A stretch of 61,662 nucleotides of DNA, the filler included, from Asterionella formosa (taxonomy: Eukaryota), in NCBI GenBank assembly GCA_002256025.1. It is 6 parts of 6 records of this genome, joined end to end, with 100 filler letters (N's around TTAATTAATTAA, not from the genome) between each part and the next. Parts side by side here need not be neighbours in the genome. Positions count along the whole stretch, not along the records: positions 51,481 to 61,662 come from NKIB01009795.1; 5 more parts are not named here. The stretch is one strand, 5' to 3'. The stretch's first letter is position 1; each line of letters opens with the position of its first letter. Below are positions 61,617 through 61,662 of the stretch, in pieces. Made by a program: the position numbers and the translations under genes. Below the pieces are notes generated by a model that saw only the letters and a program-made list of their open reading frames with translations, was not told the DNA's origin and did not search any database.

Positions 61617-61662
61617 TTTGCTGGATGATACGATTGCATAAAGCAATCTATGAAAGAAATGT

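Overview
Eukaryotic nuclear DNA, very probably a diatom. This is inferred from the short 69-112 nt GT-AG introns, CoDi-type Copia elements and protein families I associate with diatoms. The window is not one locus: it is six unrelated ~10.2 kb contigs joined by artificial 100-nt spacers (N44-TTAATTAATTAA-N44). Apparently intact host genes: an ARM-repeat protein, an HPD-less J-domain protein, a GlpA/LhgO-like FAD oxidoreductase with a BFD-like [2Fe-2S] domain and an inserted hydrophobic hairpin, a 1355-aa ankyrin-like protein, a UFL1 homologue, an SGNH-like hydrolase, and a JmjC protein with six Myb/SANT-like repeats. An O-fucosyltransferase-like gene and a USP gene are cut by contig ends. The rest is mostly transposon debris: several Copia elements (one full-length, nested in a TA-flanked TIR element), a young 2.07-kb non-coding LTR element, LINE, Harbinger, MULE-like and Plavaka remnants, and a tRNA-like sequence. 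The most striking unexplained pattern is heavy enrichment of TA-CCGG-TA and TA-CCWGG-TA in non-coding DNA. A local duplication shows these arise as insertions at TA sites, consistent with DNA-transposon excision footprints piling up into palindromic (GGTACCW)n microsatellites.
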